Source: an uncultured Bacteroidales bacterium (GTDB lineage Bacteria; Bacteroidota; Bacteroidia; Bacteroidales; JAIPAH01). From it: 48,595 nucleotides of DNA. Below the pieces are notes generated by a model. That model had not been told where the DNA came from. It searched no databases and saw nothing but the letters and a program-made list of their open reading frames with translations. Location of the stretch: assembly GCA_964345255.1 (NCBI GenBank), contig CAYFQK010000001.1, positions 1-48,595 on the forward strand. Direction: 5' to 3'. Position numbers and translations under genes: made by a program. Positions 1 through 8,486 of the stretch are shown piece after piece. Within the stretch, counting starts at the first letter, position 1; each line of letters opens with the position of its first letter.

Positions 1-221
1 TTAATAGCTCTTGTTTAAGGGCGAAGCCCTGATACGTAAAAGCACAGCCCGCCCGCACGAATAAATTCGGTCATTCGGGCGGGGGTGAAATAAAATGAAA
101 CCCTGTGTAAAAGGAAATAAAGCGTCAATAAAAGGGCTGAAAGCCTGCCACGTAAATAGATACCGAAAAAGATTCTTATCAATAGATAGAAAACATAAAA
201 TAATAAATATTAATCAATTCC

Positions 222-262
222 AAAAAAAGGGAAAGGCTTGTGGAGTCCTTTTCCATTTTTTA
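222..262. terminator. Terminator-like hairpin flanked by an A-run and a T-run (possibly bidirectional)
   Basis: GGGAAAGG (229-236) pairs with CCTTTTCC (247-254, one G-U pair) around a 10-nt loop. A7 lies at 222-228 and a T-rich run at 256-261. Confidence 0.55.
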
Positions 263-351
263 TTGGAGGCTCTCTTAGTTGTTAAACTGTTTCTTTCATA
301 CAATTTTTATAATTTGCGTAAGTTATTTTTATAAGCTTTAAATTAGGTGAA

Positions 352-1464
352 ATGAAGATTAAAATAATATTTGTTTCGTTCGGTATTTTTCTTTTTCTGA
401 CCATTGGCCTGAATGCTCAAACGAAAAATTATTCCAAAAGTGAAATTCGTCAAAATGCCGGCTCTGTTCCGGAGGGAATAAAAGATGATGTTAATAAATT
501 ATCTGACTATCTAACTAAAAACATTACAAGTGAAGAAGCGAAGGCTTATGCTTTTTATTACTATACCTCCGATGCTATTAAATATAACTTTGAAAAAAGC
601 GATCGAATCACCATAAACGCCTCCAGGGAGGATATTCTTGAAGATGCTTTAACAGAAGGGGTAGGAGTTTGCCAGCACTACTCAGAGTTGTTTCACGCAC
701 TCAGCGAGGCGGCAGGAATTAAATCTTATGTCGTCGCAGGTTATACTCGTCAGAATGGAAAAGTCAGAAGCACGGCACATGCATGGAATGCTCTCTTAAT
801 CGATGGTAAGTGGAAACTTTTCGACCCGACGTGGGGTGGGGGATACAGCCAGGGAAACGAGTACGTTCATCGCTTTACGGAGGAATATTTCCTGGTGCCC
901 CCTGATAAAATGATCAAAAGCCATATGCCCTATGATCCCATTTTTCAGTTTTCGAATCAAGTTATCACCCATAAGGATTTTAAAGATGGAAAATTTGAAG
1001 GGTATACCAAAATGTTTGATGATTACAGGCAGGCCCTCAACCGGCACCACGATCTCCCTGAGCAAACGCAACTTAAAGAAGCCATGGATCGCATACAACG
1101 TGTCTGGACCGGACAGGAAACGGTTGAGAAATACTATAACTTTCTGAAGCAGAATTATAACGTCCACCTGGCTAATGAGCAGGTTAATCTACACAACAAA
1201 GCGGCAAATATTCTCAATGAAGGAGTGGACATCTTTAACCGGTATGTAAACCGGCTGAATCAGAACAGGGGTGATTACCCCGGTGGCAGACAAGTTGCGA
1301 TCAATGAACTTGAAAAAGCTGAGCAAAAAGTGAAAAAGGCAAAAGCTATTTTTAACAGCGTGAATCCCCCCATGCGACTTAGAAACTCTGTGGCAAAAAA
1401 CAAAAACATTGCAAAACAGCTATTGAAAAGAATAGATAAGGAAAAATCCAGGCTTCCGGAATAA
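352..1464 (+). CDS. Secreted transglutaminase-like (Cys-His-Asp core) domain protein
   Basis: N-terminal signal peptide (FLFLTIGLNAQ). Transglutaminase-core motifs GVCQHYSELF ... HAWNALL ... LFDPTWG. K/E-rich helical C-terminal tail. Confidence 0.75.
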   Translation: MKIKIIFVSFGIFLFLTIGLNAQTKNYSKSEIRQNAGSVPEGIKDDVNKLSDYLTKNITSEEAKAYAFYYYTSDAIKYNFEKSDRITINASREDILEDALTEGVGVCQHYSELFHALSEAAGIKSYVVAGYTRQNGKVRSTAHAWNALLIDGKWKLFDPTWGGGYSQGNEYVHRFTEEYFLVPPDKMIKSHMPYDPIFQFSNQVITHKDFKDGKFEGYTKMFDDYRQALNRHHDLPEQTQLKEAMDRIQRVWTGQETVEKYYNFLKQNYNVHLANEQVNLHNKAANILNEGVDIFNRYVNRLNQNRGDYPGGRQVAINELEKAEQKVKKAKAIFNSVNPPMRLRNSVAKNKNIAKQLLKRIDKEKSRLPE

Positions 1465-1521
1465 AAAAAGGCCACCTCACGAAGGAGGCAGCCTTAAACA
1501 AAAATGAACCCGCAATTTTGT

Positions 1522-4500
1522 TTACCGGATTATTTGTATTTTTCTGGCAGCATTTTTACTTCCTGTAATAATATTCAAAAGATAAATCCCTTCCTTAAGG
1601 TCAGAAACATCCATTTGAAAATTGACCTGATTAGAGGCATCCATGCTTTTTACAACCTTGCCGGTAAGATCCACCAATTGAATATTGGCGTTATCGATAG
1701 ATTCTTGCATATCAAGCTTTACGTAATTCGCTGCCGGATTCGGATATACTGTAAGATTTAACTTTCTTTCGAAAGTTTCATCAACGCCTGTGGTATTAGT
1801 GAGCTTTACCAGCTCTCCACCGACGGGAAGCGCTGCATACAAACCGAAAGCAGCACCGTCGCTATTGTTGGATGGGTTTAAAAATCCAGAGGCTAAGACT
1901 GTTATTGCTGATCCCTGTAATCCAAGCGAATTGAGCGGCGCATCAAATACAGCAACAGCGCTCTCGCCTGTTTCATCAGCCACTGTCAGCTGATAGTCCT
2001 CGGTACCCAGTTCAAGGTATCCGGCAAATTGACCATACTCAAAATTATCTATTAATGTACCCGCTCCAATGCCGGTTTCCTGAATGTCAACTGTCGGGGC
2101 ATCCGTGGCACCATGAAATACTAATACATCTGTGTTCATTTCATTCGATGCAACTTCCCGGGCCATATCATAAACATAAATGTTGAAAGGCTCTGCCGGA
2201 TCATATCCGTCTGCGCTTACAATTCCGTTGGCTACGAGAAGGTATTTTTCGCCGCCTGTAAGCGTATAATCAAACGTTGCAATCGCATCATCCGAACTGG
2301 TACTGTTTGCGGGAGCCACGCCAATGGTAAACTCTTCTCCGGCCGGGGCATCAATGAAAGGGGATGCCGTGCGGAATGAGAAGTCATCCAGCAATGGGGT
2401 ATCGTTTAACCAGATGTCTACCGTCTCAGCAGCTGCGTCTGCCGAGTTGTGTATCACCTGCACACGGGCTGTACTGATTTCCTCTGCGGGAAGTTCTACT
2501 AATTCACCACCGGAAGGCAGTGCGACATAAAGTCCAAAAGCAGGACCACCGCTGTTGTTGTCAGGATTCAGAAATCCGGAAGCGACAACAGTAAGGGCTT
2601 CACCGCTTAAGCCAAGGGTTTCCAGAGGGGCGCCAAATTGCGCTACGGTATTTGTTCCGCCTGCATCACGAATCTGCAGGGAATAATCCGATGTGGGTAG
2701 TTCAAGGTATCCCTGGAACTCGGAATAAGCAATATCATCAACAATGGTTCCGGCACCGGCTGCTACTTCCTTTACATCTACCACCGGAGCATCGGTTGAG
2801 CCATGGGCTACCAATACATCCGTGTTGTCTCCCGAAGTGGCGGACTCACGGGCCATACTGTATACATTTAAGTTAAATGGCTGAGCCGGATCATATCCGT
2901 CTGCGCTTACAATTCCGTTGGCTACGAGAAGGTATTTTTCGCCGCCTGTAAGCGTATAATCAAACGTTGCAATCGCATCATCCGAACTGGTACTGTTTGC
3001 GGGAGCCACGCCAATGGTAAACTCTTCTCCGGCCGGGGCATCAATGAAAGGGGATGCCGTGCGGAATGAGAAGTCATCCAGCAATGGGGTATCGTTTAAC
3101 CAGATGTCTACCGTCTCAGCAGCTGCGTCTGCCGAGTTGTGTATCACCTGCACACGGGCTGTACTGATTTCCTCTGCGGGAAGTTCTACTAATTCACCAC
3201 CGGAAGGCAGTGCGACATAAAGTCCAAAAGCAGGACCACCGCTGTTGTTGTCAGGATTCAGAAATCCGGAAGCGACAACAGTAAGGGCTTCACCGCTTAA
3301 GCCAAGGGTTTCCAGAGGGGCGCCAAATTGCGCTACGGTATTTGTTCCGCCTGCATCACGAATCTGCAGGGAATAATCCGATGTGGGTAGTTCAAGGTAT
3401 CCCTGGAACTCGGAATAAGCAATATCATCAACAATGGTTCCGGCACCGGCTGCTACTTCCTTCACATCTACCACCGAAGCATCGGTTGAGCCATGGGCTA
3501 CCAATACATCCGTGTTGTCTCCTGAAGTGGCGGACTCACGGGCCATGTCATATACATGAATGTTAAACGGCTGAGCCGGGTCGTATCCCGAACCACTTAC
3601 GATACCATTGGCAACCAAAATATATTTCTCATCTGCACCCAGGTTGTAAGTAAATTGGGCGATTGCACCGGTTGTATCTTCACTGTCCGGCGGAAGGATA
3701 CTGATATCAATGTCTTCCCCAGCGGGTAGGTCTACAAACGGTGAAGATGTCCTGAATGAAAAATCATCTAAAAGCATTCCGTCGTTTAACCAAATATCTA
3801 CTATTTCTGCAGCCGCATCGGCCGAATTGTGTATGACTTGCACTCTCGCTGTGGAAGAAACCCCGGCAGTTGGTAACTCAATCAATTCACCACCGCCCGG
3901 CAATGCTACCCAAAGTCCAAAATTTGGGCCGTTATTGTTATCTTCGGGATTTAAGAATCCTGAGGCGACTATTGCCAACGCAGAGCCCGGAGATGAAAGA
4001 TCACTCAACGGAACATTATATGATGCAATGGTATTTGAACCTGTTTCATCTGTAATCTCCAAAGTCAAATTAGTATTTTGGACGGAGAAATAATCTGTAA
4101 AATCACTGTAAGCAAGATTGTCTGCATACTCTTCCGGATTTGGATTAAATCCTGTTTCATAGATGTCTATCGCAGGAGCATCAGTTACACCGTGATGTAT
4201 TAACAGGTCTGTAAAATAAGACCCCTGACCTTGTTCCTGGGCAGCATCGTATACGTGAATATTAAATGGCTGAGCCGGGTCGTATCCCGAACCACTTACG
4301 ATACCATTGGCAACCAAAATATATTTCTCATCTGCACCAAGGTTGTAAGTAAATTGGGCGATTGCACCGGTTGTATCTTCACTGTCCGGAGGAAGGATAC
4401 TGATATCGATATCTTCCTCGGCGGGTAGGTCTACAAAGGGTGAGGATGTCCTGAATGAAAAATCATCCAAAAGCATTCCGTCATTCAACCAAATATCTAC

Positions 4501-4626
4501 TGTTTCAGCAGCCGCATCGGCTGAATTGTGAATTACCTGAACTCTGGCAGTTTCCTGAGAGCTGGCATAAATAGAAACTCCTGTTACAAGAGTTAGTGTT
4601 AAAAGTAATTTTCCTAAAATTTTCAT
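1522..4626 (-). CDS. Large secreted DUF4397-repeat protein with a T9SS type-A C-terminal sorting domain
   Basis: Signal peptide, then four ~230-aa units each starting ARVQVIHNSADAAAE(T/I)VDIWLND (DUF4397-like). The C-terminus LTVYPNPAANYVKLDM...GIYLLNIITG...KIQIIR is a typical T9SS CTD. Confidence 0.8.
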   Translation of the reverse strand: MKILGKLLLTLTLVTGVSIYASSQETARVQVIHNSADAAAETVDIWLNDGMLLDDFSFRTSSPFVDLPAEEDIDISILPPDSEDTTGAIAQFTYNLGADEKYILVANGIVSGSGYDPAQPFNIHVYDAAQEQGQGSYFTDLLIHHGVTDAPAIDIYETGFNPNPEEYADNLAYSDFTDYFSVQNTNLTLEITDETGSNTIASYNVPLSDLSSPGSALAIVASGFLNPEDNNNGPNFGLWVALPGGGELIELPTAGVSSTARVQVIHNSADAAAEIVDIWLNDGMLLDDFSFRTSSPFVDLPAGEDIDISILPPDSEDTTGAIAQFTYNLGADEKYILVANGIVSGSGYDPAQPFNIHVYDMARESATSGDNTDVLVAHGSTDASVVDVKEVAAGAGTIVDDIAYSEFQGYLELPTSDYSLQIRDAGGTNTVAQFGAPLETLGLSGEALTVVASGFLNPDNNSGGPAFGLYVALPSGGELVELPAEEISTARVQVIHNSADAAAETVDIWLNDTPLLDDFSFRTASPFIDAPAGEEFTIGVAPANSTSSDDAIATFDYTLTGGEKYLLVANGIVSADGYDPAQPFNLNVYSMARESATSGDNTDVLVAHGSTDAPVVDVKEVAAGAGTIVDDIAYSEFQGYLELPTSDYSLQIRDAGGTNTVAQFGAPLETLGLSGEALTVVASGFLNPDNNSGGPAFGLYVALPSGGELVELPAEEISTARVQVIHNSADAAAETVDIWLNDTPLLDDFSFRTASPFIDAPAGEEFTIGVAPANSTSSDDAIATFDYTLTGGEKYLLVANGIVSADGYDPAEPFNIYVYDMAREVASNEMNTDVLVFHGATDAPTVDIQETGIGAGTLIDNFEYGQFAGYLELGTEDYQLTVADETGESAVAVFDAPLNSLGLQGSAITVLASGFLNPSNNSDGAAFGLYAALPVGGELVKLTNTTGVDETFERKLNLTVYPNPAANYVKLDMQESIDNANIQLVDLTGKVVKSMDASNQVNFQMDVSDLKEGIYLLNIITGSKNAARKIQIIR
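2195..3546. repeat. 690-bp in-frame tandem duplication (2 copies) inside the DUF4397 gene
   Basis: 2195-2772 is base-for-base identical to 2885-3462 (578 bp). Over 662 bp I see 3 mismatches (2773, 2787, 2833). The period of 690 bp equals 230 codons. The identical shadow ORFs 2324-2530 and 3014-3220 follow from this duplication. Confidence 0.95.
3571..4544. repeat. Older, more diverged repeat pair with a 699-bp period in the same gene
   Basis: CTGAGCCGGGTCGTATCCCGAACCACTTACGATACCATTGGCAACCAAAATATATTTCTCATCTGCACC begins at 3571 and again at 4270. The first ~130 bp are near-identical, and similarity then decays. Confidence 0.8.
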
Positions 4627-4955
4627 AATTCTATTATTTTGATTAATTTTAAATAAAAGGATCTAATCGGGATTTTGTTTAATTTGATGCTATTTTTTAT
4701 TAAACAAAATATAGAATATTGATTTTAAATGTTTTGAATTTAATTAAGAGTAATTACAAGGTCTGCATGCAATTCTGATAATATTTTAGAAAATAAGAAT
4801 AATAGATTGTTTATCAATAAATTGTGTAAATATTATACCGATTTCAATAACCCTCGGGGATGAATTCCTAAAATATATTAAATTTTTGTTAAATAAATTT
4901 AGCTATTGATTAAACAGAATGATAGGAGGGACGTTATTGAATAAAACTTAATAAT

Positions 4956-5414
4956 ATGGAAGTACTTGTAACAAATCAATTTTTGCCGATCGGAATAGAT
5001 GAGGCATGGGAATTTTTCTCGAAACCGGGAAATTTAAAAGAAATCACCCCTTCATATATGGGGTTTGATATAACTTCGGATTATAACACAAATGAAATGC
5101 ATGCAGGCATGATTATCACCTATAAAGTGAGGCCCCTTTTTAATATCCCACTTAATTGGATGACCGAAATCATGCACGTTGAAAAGCCCTGGTTTTTCGT
5201 GGATAATCAAAAGAAAGGGCCTTTTTCTATCTGGCATCACCAGCATCATTTTCAGGAAGTTAATGGTGGAATAAACATGAAAGATATTGTGCATTACGCG
5301 GCTCCTATGGGTATCTTGGGATTACCTGTAGAAAAGACCATTATTAAAAAACGCGTGCAGCACATTTTTGATCACCGTTATAAAGTTTTGGAGGACCATT
5401 TTGGCAATGGATAA
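4956..5414 (+). CDS. SRPBCC-superfamily (START/Bet v1-like ligand-binding) protein
   Basis: 152 aa with no signal peptide. Size and pattern (WEFFSKPGNLKEITP ... KGPFSIWHHQHHF) are typical of small SRPBCC proteins. The stop overlaps the next start (ATGGATAA). Confidence 0.6.
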   Translation: MEVLVTNQFLPIGIDEAWEFFSKPGNLKEITPSYMGFDITSDYNTNEMHAGMIITYKVRPLFNIPLNWMTEIMHVEKPWFFVDNQKKGPFSIWHHQHHFQEVNGGINMKDIVHYAAPMGILGLPVEKTIIKKRVQHIFDHRYKVLEDHFGNG

Positions 5415-6012
5415 TCATCTGGCTGACTATTCCATAATGGGTATTGATTATGGTTCTAAACTCTCGGGGAATACAGTTGTAGCGCTCCTTCATAATAAAA
5501 CCATAACTTTTCATAAGAGTAAAAAAAACAGGAATGCCGATCAAATGATTTTGGATATAGCAAATGATATTAAACCCGGCTATGTTTTTATTGATGCTCC
5601 TTTGTCTTTACCGGGTATTTATTCCAACCCTTCCAAATATTCTGACTATTTTTACCGAATGGCAGATAGCGAGTTAGGAGCGATGTCACCGATGTTTTTG
5701 GGCGGATTGACGGCAAGGGCGATGCGTTTGGCGAATGAACTGAAATCGAAAGGAATGAAAGTACATGAAAGCTATCCTGCCGCTATAGCGCGCTCACTGG
5801 AGCTGCATGAGCTGGGATATAAAAAGGATAAAAAGAGTATAAACAAACTTGCGTCTCTTTTAAACGAATACCTTGGAATTGACTTTGACGAAAATAAAGT
5901 CACCACCTGGCATCACATCGATGCGCTTTTAACGCTGGTGATAGCAAAACGTTACTTTGAATCAAGGCACCTGGTTTTCGGAGAAAAAGAGGAGGGGCTT
6001 ATTTACGTATAG
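5407..6012 (+). CDS. DUF429-like predicted RNase-H-fold nuclease
   Basis: MGIDYGSK near the N-terminus, then FIDAPLSLPG, ESYPAA and HHIDALL, which is the DUF429 motif order. I chose the start at ATG 5407, which overlaps the upstream TAA at 5412-5414, over the longer ORF start at 5368. Confidence 0.55.
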   Translation: MDNHLADYSIMGIDYGSKLSGNTVVALLHNKTITFHKSKKNRNADQMILDIANDIKPGYVFIDAPLSLPGIYSNPSKYSDYFYRMADSELGAMSPMFLGGLTARAMRLANELKSKGMKVHESYPAAIARSLELHELGYKKDKKSINKLASLLNEYLGIDFDENKVTTWHHIDALLTLVIAKRYFESRHLVFGEKEEGLIYV

Positions 6013-6017
6013 GTATT

Positions 6018-7550
6018 ATGAAAACGTTAAGATTAATTCTGGGTGACCAACTAAATTATAACCATTCGTGGTTTAAAAAAGTAAACAATCATGTGACGTA
6101 TGTCTTGATGGAAGTCAAGACAGAAACATCCTATGTGAAACATCATGCGCAAAAAGTCATAGCCATATTCGCTGCAATGAGATCTTTTGCCCGTCACCTG
6201 GAACAAAACGGCCACCACGTCAGTTATTTTAAGCTGGATGACGATAACAACAGGCAATCCTTTTCCGAAAATATTAATGCCCTGGTCAGAGAAAAGGGAT
6301 TTACAAAGCTTGAATACCTTCATCCGGATGAATACCGGGTGGACCAACATTTACGCGAATTATCAGAGGAACTTTCCATTCCTGCCATCGCCTATGATAC
6401 CGAACATTTTTTCACTGGACGGGGAGAAGTGCAGGAATTATTTGAGGGGAAGAAGACTTATCTGATGGAGACTTTTTACCGTCATATGCGTAAAAAGCAC
6501 CAGGTTTTGATGGATGCCTCCGGAAAGCCTAAGGGAGGCAAGTGGAACTTTGATAAATCCAACAGGAACAAATTACCAAAAGGGCATCAGCCTCCCGCAC
6601 CTTACCATTTTCATCACAATCATGAGGATATTCTGAATTTGCTAGACGAATGCGGAGTGGATTTCTTCGGCAACCCCTCAGCAAAAGATTTCCAATGGCC
6701 TGTATCCCGGGAAGAAAGTCTTGAGCTTCTTGATTATTTCGTAAAGGACCTCTTGCCGCTTTTTGGTGTTTACCAGGATGCTATGGACAATAACGAGTGG
6801 AGTCTCTATCATTCCAGGTTGTCTTTTTCTTTAAATGTTAAAATGCTTCATCCGCTCGAAGTGGTTCGAAAGGTGGAAGACGCTTTTCATCAAAATAGTG
6901 ATATCGACATTGCACAGGCCGAGGGATTTATCAGGCAAATATTAGGATGGAGGGAGTTCATGAGAGGAGTATATTGGGCTCATATGCCGGAATACGCCTC
7001 AAGAAATTACTTTAATCATCAGCGGAAGCTACCCGGTTTTTACTGGACCGGCAACACGAAAATGAATTGCCTCAGTAAAGCCATAGGTCAGTCACTGGAA
7101 CATGCCTATGCGCATCATATTCAGCGACTGATGATCACCGGGAATTTTGCCTTGTTGAATGAGACTCATCCCGACGAAGTCGACCGGTGGTACCTGGGCA
7201 TTTACATCGATGCTTTTGAGTGGGTGGAAATGCCTAATACTCGAGGCATGAGTCAGTTTGCCGACGGAGGCGTGGTGGCCACCAAACCTTACGTATCATC
7301 AGCGAACTATATCAACAAAATGAGCGATTACTGCAAGCACTGCCACTACAATCCGAAAAAGACCACCGGAGAAGATGCTTGTCCATTCAACTCACTATTC
7401 TGGAGTTTTTTGGATAAGAACCGGGAATTGTTTTCGAAAAATCGTCGCATGAATTTCCTGGTAAAAAACTGGGAAAAACGGGATGCTTCCAACCGAAATG
7501 CTATTATTGAACAGGCAGAATATTTTAAAGCAAATGTAGATAAGCTTTGA
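6018..7550 (+). CDS. Cryptochrome/photolyase-family protein of the FeS-BCP (PhrB/CryB, COG3046) type, a probable (6-4) photolyase
   Basis: N-terminus MKTLRLILGDQL and 510 aa. Four Cys at residues 351, 439, 442 and 455 (codons 7068, 7332, 7341, 7380) have spacing 88/3/13, as I recall for the [4Fe-4S] ligands of A. tumefaciens PhrB. Confidence 0.85.
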   Translation: MKTLRLILGDQLNYNHSWFKKVNNHVTYVLMEVKTETSYVKHHAQKVIAIFAAMRSFARHLEQNGHHVSYFKLDDDNNRQSFSENINALVREKGFTKLEYLHPDEYRVDQHLRELSEELSIPAIAYDTEHFFTGRGEVQELFEGKKTYLMETFYRHMRKKHQVLMDASGKPKGGKWNFDKSNRNKLPKGHQPPAPYHFHHNHEDILNLLDECGVDFFGNPSAKDFQWPVSREESLELLDYFVKDLLPLFGVYQDAMDNNEWSLYHSRLSFSLNVKMLHPLEVVRKVEDAFHQNSDIDIAQAEGFIRQILGWREFMRGVYWAHMPEYASRNYFNHQRKLPGFYWTGNTKMNCLSKAIGQSLEHAYAHHIQRLMITGNFALLNETHPDEVDRWYLGIYIDAFEWVEMPNTRGMSQFADGGVVATKPYVSSANYINKMSDYCKHCHYNPKKTTGEDACPFNSLFWSFLDKNRELFSKNRRMNFLVKNWEKRDASNRNAIIEQAEYFKANVDKL

Positions 7551-7598
7551 AAATATCCTTTTAACCCGTCCTGTATTTGAAAATGCGATTGGATTTTT

Positions 7599-8261
7599 TT
7601 AATCGCTGTCAAGCTTAGAAAGCTTTTCCTCGTCACACTCTGCCAGGCTTTTAAGCTTCATGTCAACAAAAGCAAAACGCTCATCCTGGTATTCATGGAC
7701 TGCCGGCACCAAGACCGTTTTAAGCCGGGCCGCTTTGGCAGCTATGGCTCCATTGAAAGAGTCTTCAAAAGCAAAGGCTTCATCAGGCTTAAGTTTCATC
7801 TCTTTCAGTGCGCTCAGAAAAATGGCCGGATGGGGTTTCCCGTAAATTTCGTTTTCGGCCGAACAAATTACTGAAAAATAATCTCCAATTCCTGTAACCT
7901 CAAGTACTGCCCGAATAATCTGGTGAGCCGAGGAGGAGGCTAAACCAAGCACGAATCCTTTTTTTTGTAAGTGTTCCAAAAGCTCTTTTGCTCCGGGCAG
8001 CAGAGCAATACCATTACGGATTTGACTTTCCACTTCATCTTTTATGTCCAGAATTACTTCTTCGGGATATTTTTCTTTCCAGGGATATTTTGAATACCAG
8101 TATTTAACAACTTCATCAATACGAAGCCCCATCACGCTGTGGCATTTTTCCACATCCATCGGTACGCCAAGGTCATTAAATATTTTTATTTCGGCTTTTT
8201 GCCACAGAGGCTCTGTGTTTACCAGCAGGCCATCCATATCGAAAATCGCACCTCTAATCAT
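7599..8261 (-). CDS. hxpB: HAD-superfamily sugar/hexitol phosphatase (YniC/HxpB-like)
   Basis: AIFDMDGLLVNTEPLW (DxDG motif), GLASSS, GKPHP and FEDSFNGAIAAKAA. Collinear with E. coli YniC as I remember it. Confidence 0.75.
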   Translation of the reverse strand: MIRGAIFDMDGLLVNTEPLWQKAEIKIFNDLGVPMDVEKCHSVMGLRIDEVVKYWYSKYPWKEKYPEEVILDIKDEVESQIRNGIALLPGAKELLEHLQKKGFVLGLASSSAHQIIRAVLEVTGIGDYFSVICSAENEIYGKPHPAIFLSALKEMKLKPDEAFAFEDSFNGAIAAKAARLKTVLVPAVHEYQDERFAFVDMKLKSLAECDEEKLSKLDSD

Positions 8262-8439
8262 AATGGTAAATTTGATTTAAGCAAACCAGTTGTTTTGATG
8301 CTAATTTAAGAAAGTTTTTGAATTGTGAGTTGAATCAGCAGTTATATGCGGTTTAATCCGTTTTTTAATACCCAATAAATATACATTTCCACCTATTACG
8401 CTTATGGCCATTAAGCCATGGAGTCAGAGAGGTTGTAAT

Positions 8440-8462
8440 AAAAAAAGGCGCCGAGGCGCCCT
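8440..8462 (-). terminator. Rho-independent terminator downstream of ccsBA
   Basis: The minus strand reads GGCGC-CTCG-GCGCC followed by a T-run. It lies ~25 nt after the ccsBA stop. Confidence 0.7.
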
Positions 8463-8486
8463 TAAATAGTATTATTCAGTTATCCC

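Noticed and set aside
95-334. 79-aa ORF at the left edge
   Set aside because: It is Lys-rich and low-complexity. It runs through a terminator-like hairpin (222-262) and into the promoter region of the 352 gene. It has no recognisable motif. I treat it as non-coding.
2324-3220. Two identical 68-aa plus-strand ORFs (2324-2530, 3014-3220) and two near-identical 74-aa ORFs (2652-2876, 3342-3566)
   Set aside because: They are antisense shadow ORFs of the DUF4397 gene. They are duplicated only because the underlying 690-bp coding unit is duplicated. They are not a gene family or a CRISPR/IS-like repeat.
4627-4955. 329-bp very AT-rich spacer between the divergent DUF4397 and SRPBCC genes, considered as a possible hidden element (small RNA, IS remnant or repeat array)
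   Set aside because: I could find no inverted terminal repeats, direct repeats, hairpin-plus-T-run or credible ORF. It is most simply a shared divergent promoter region.
5368-5406. Longer 214-aa version of the DUF429-like ORF starting at 5368
   Set aside because: The extension lies entirely inside the SRPBCC gene in another frame. ATG 5407 gives the ATGGATAA stop/start overlap typical of coupled genes and places the MGIDYGS motif near the N-terminus.
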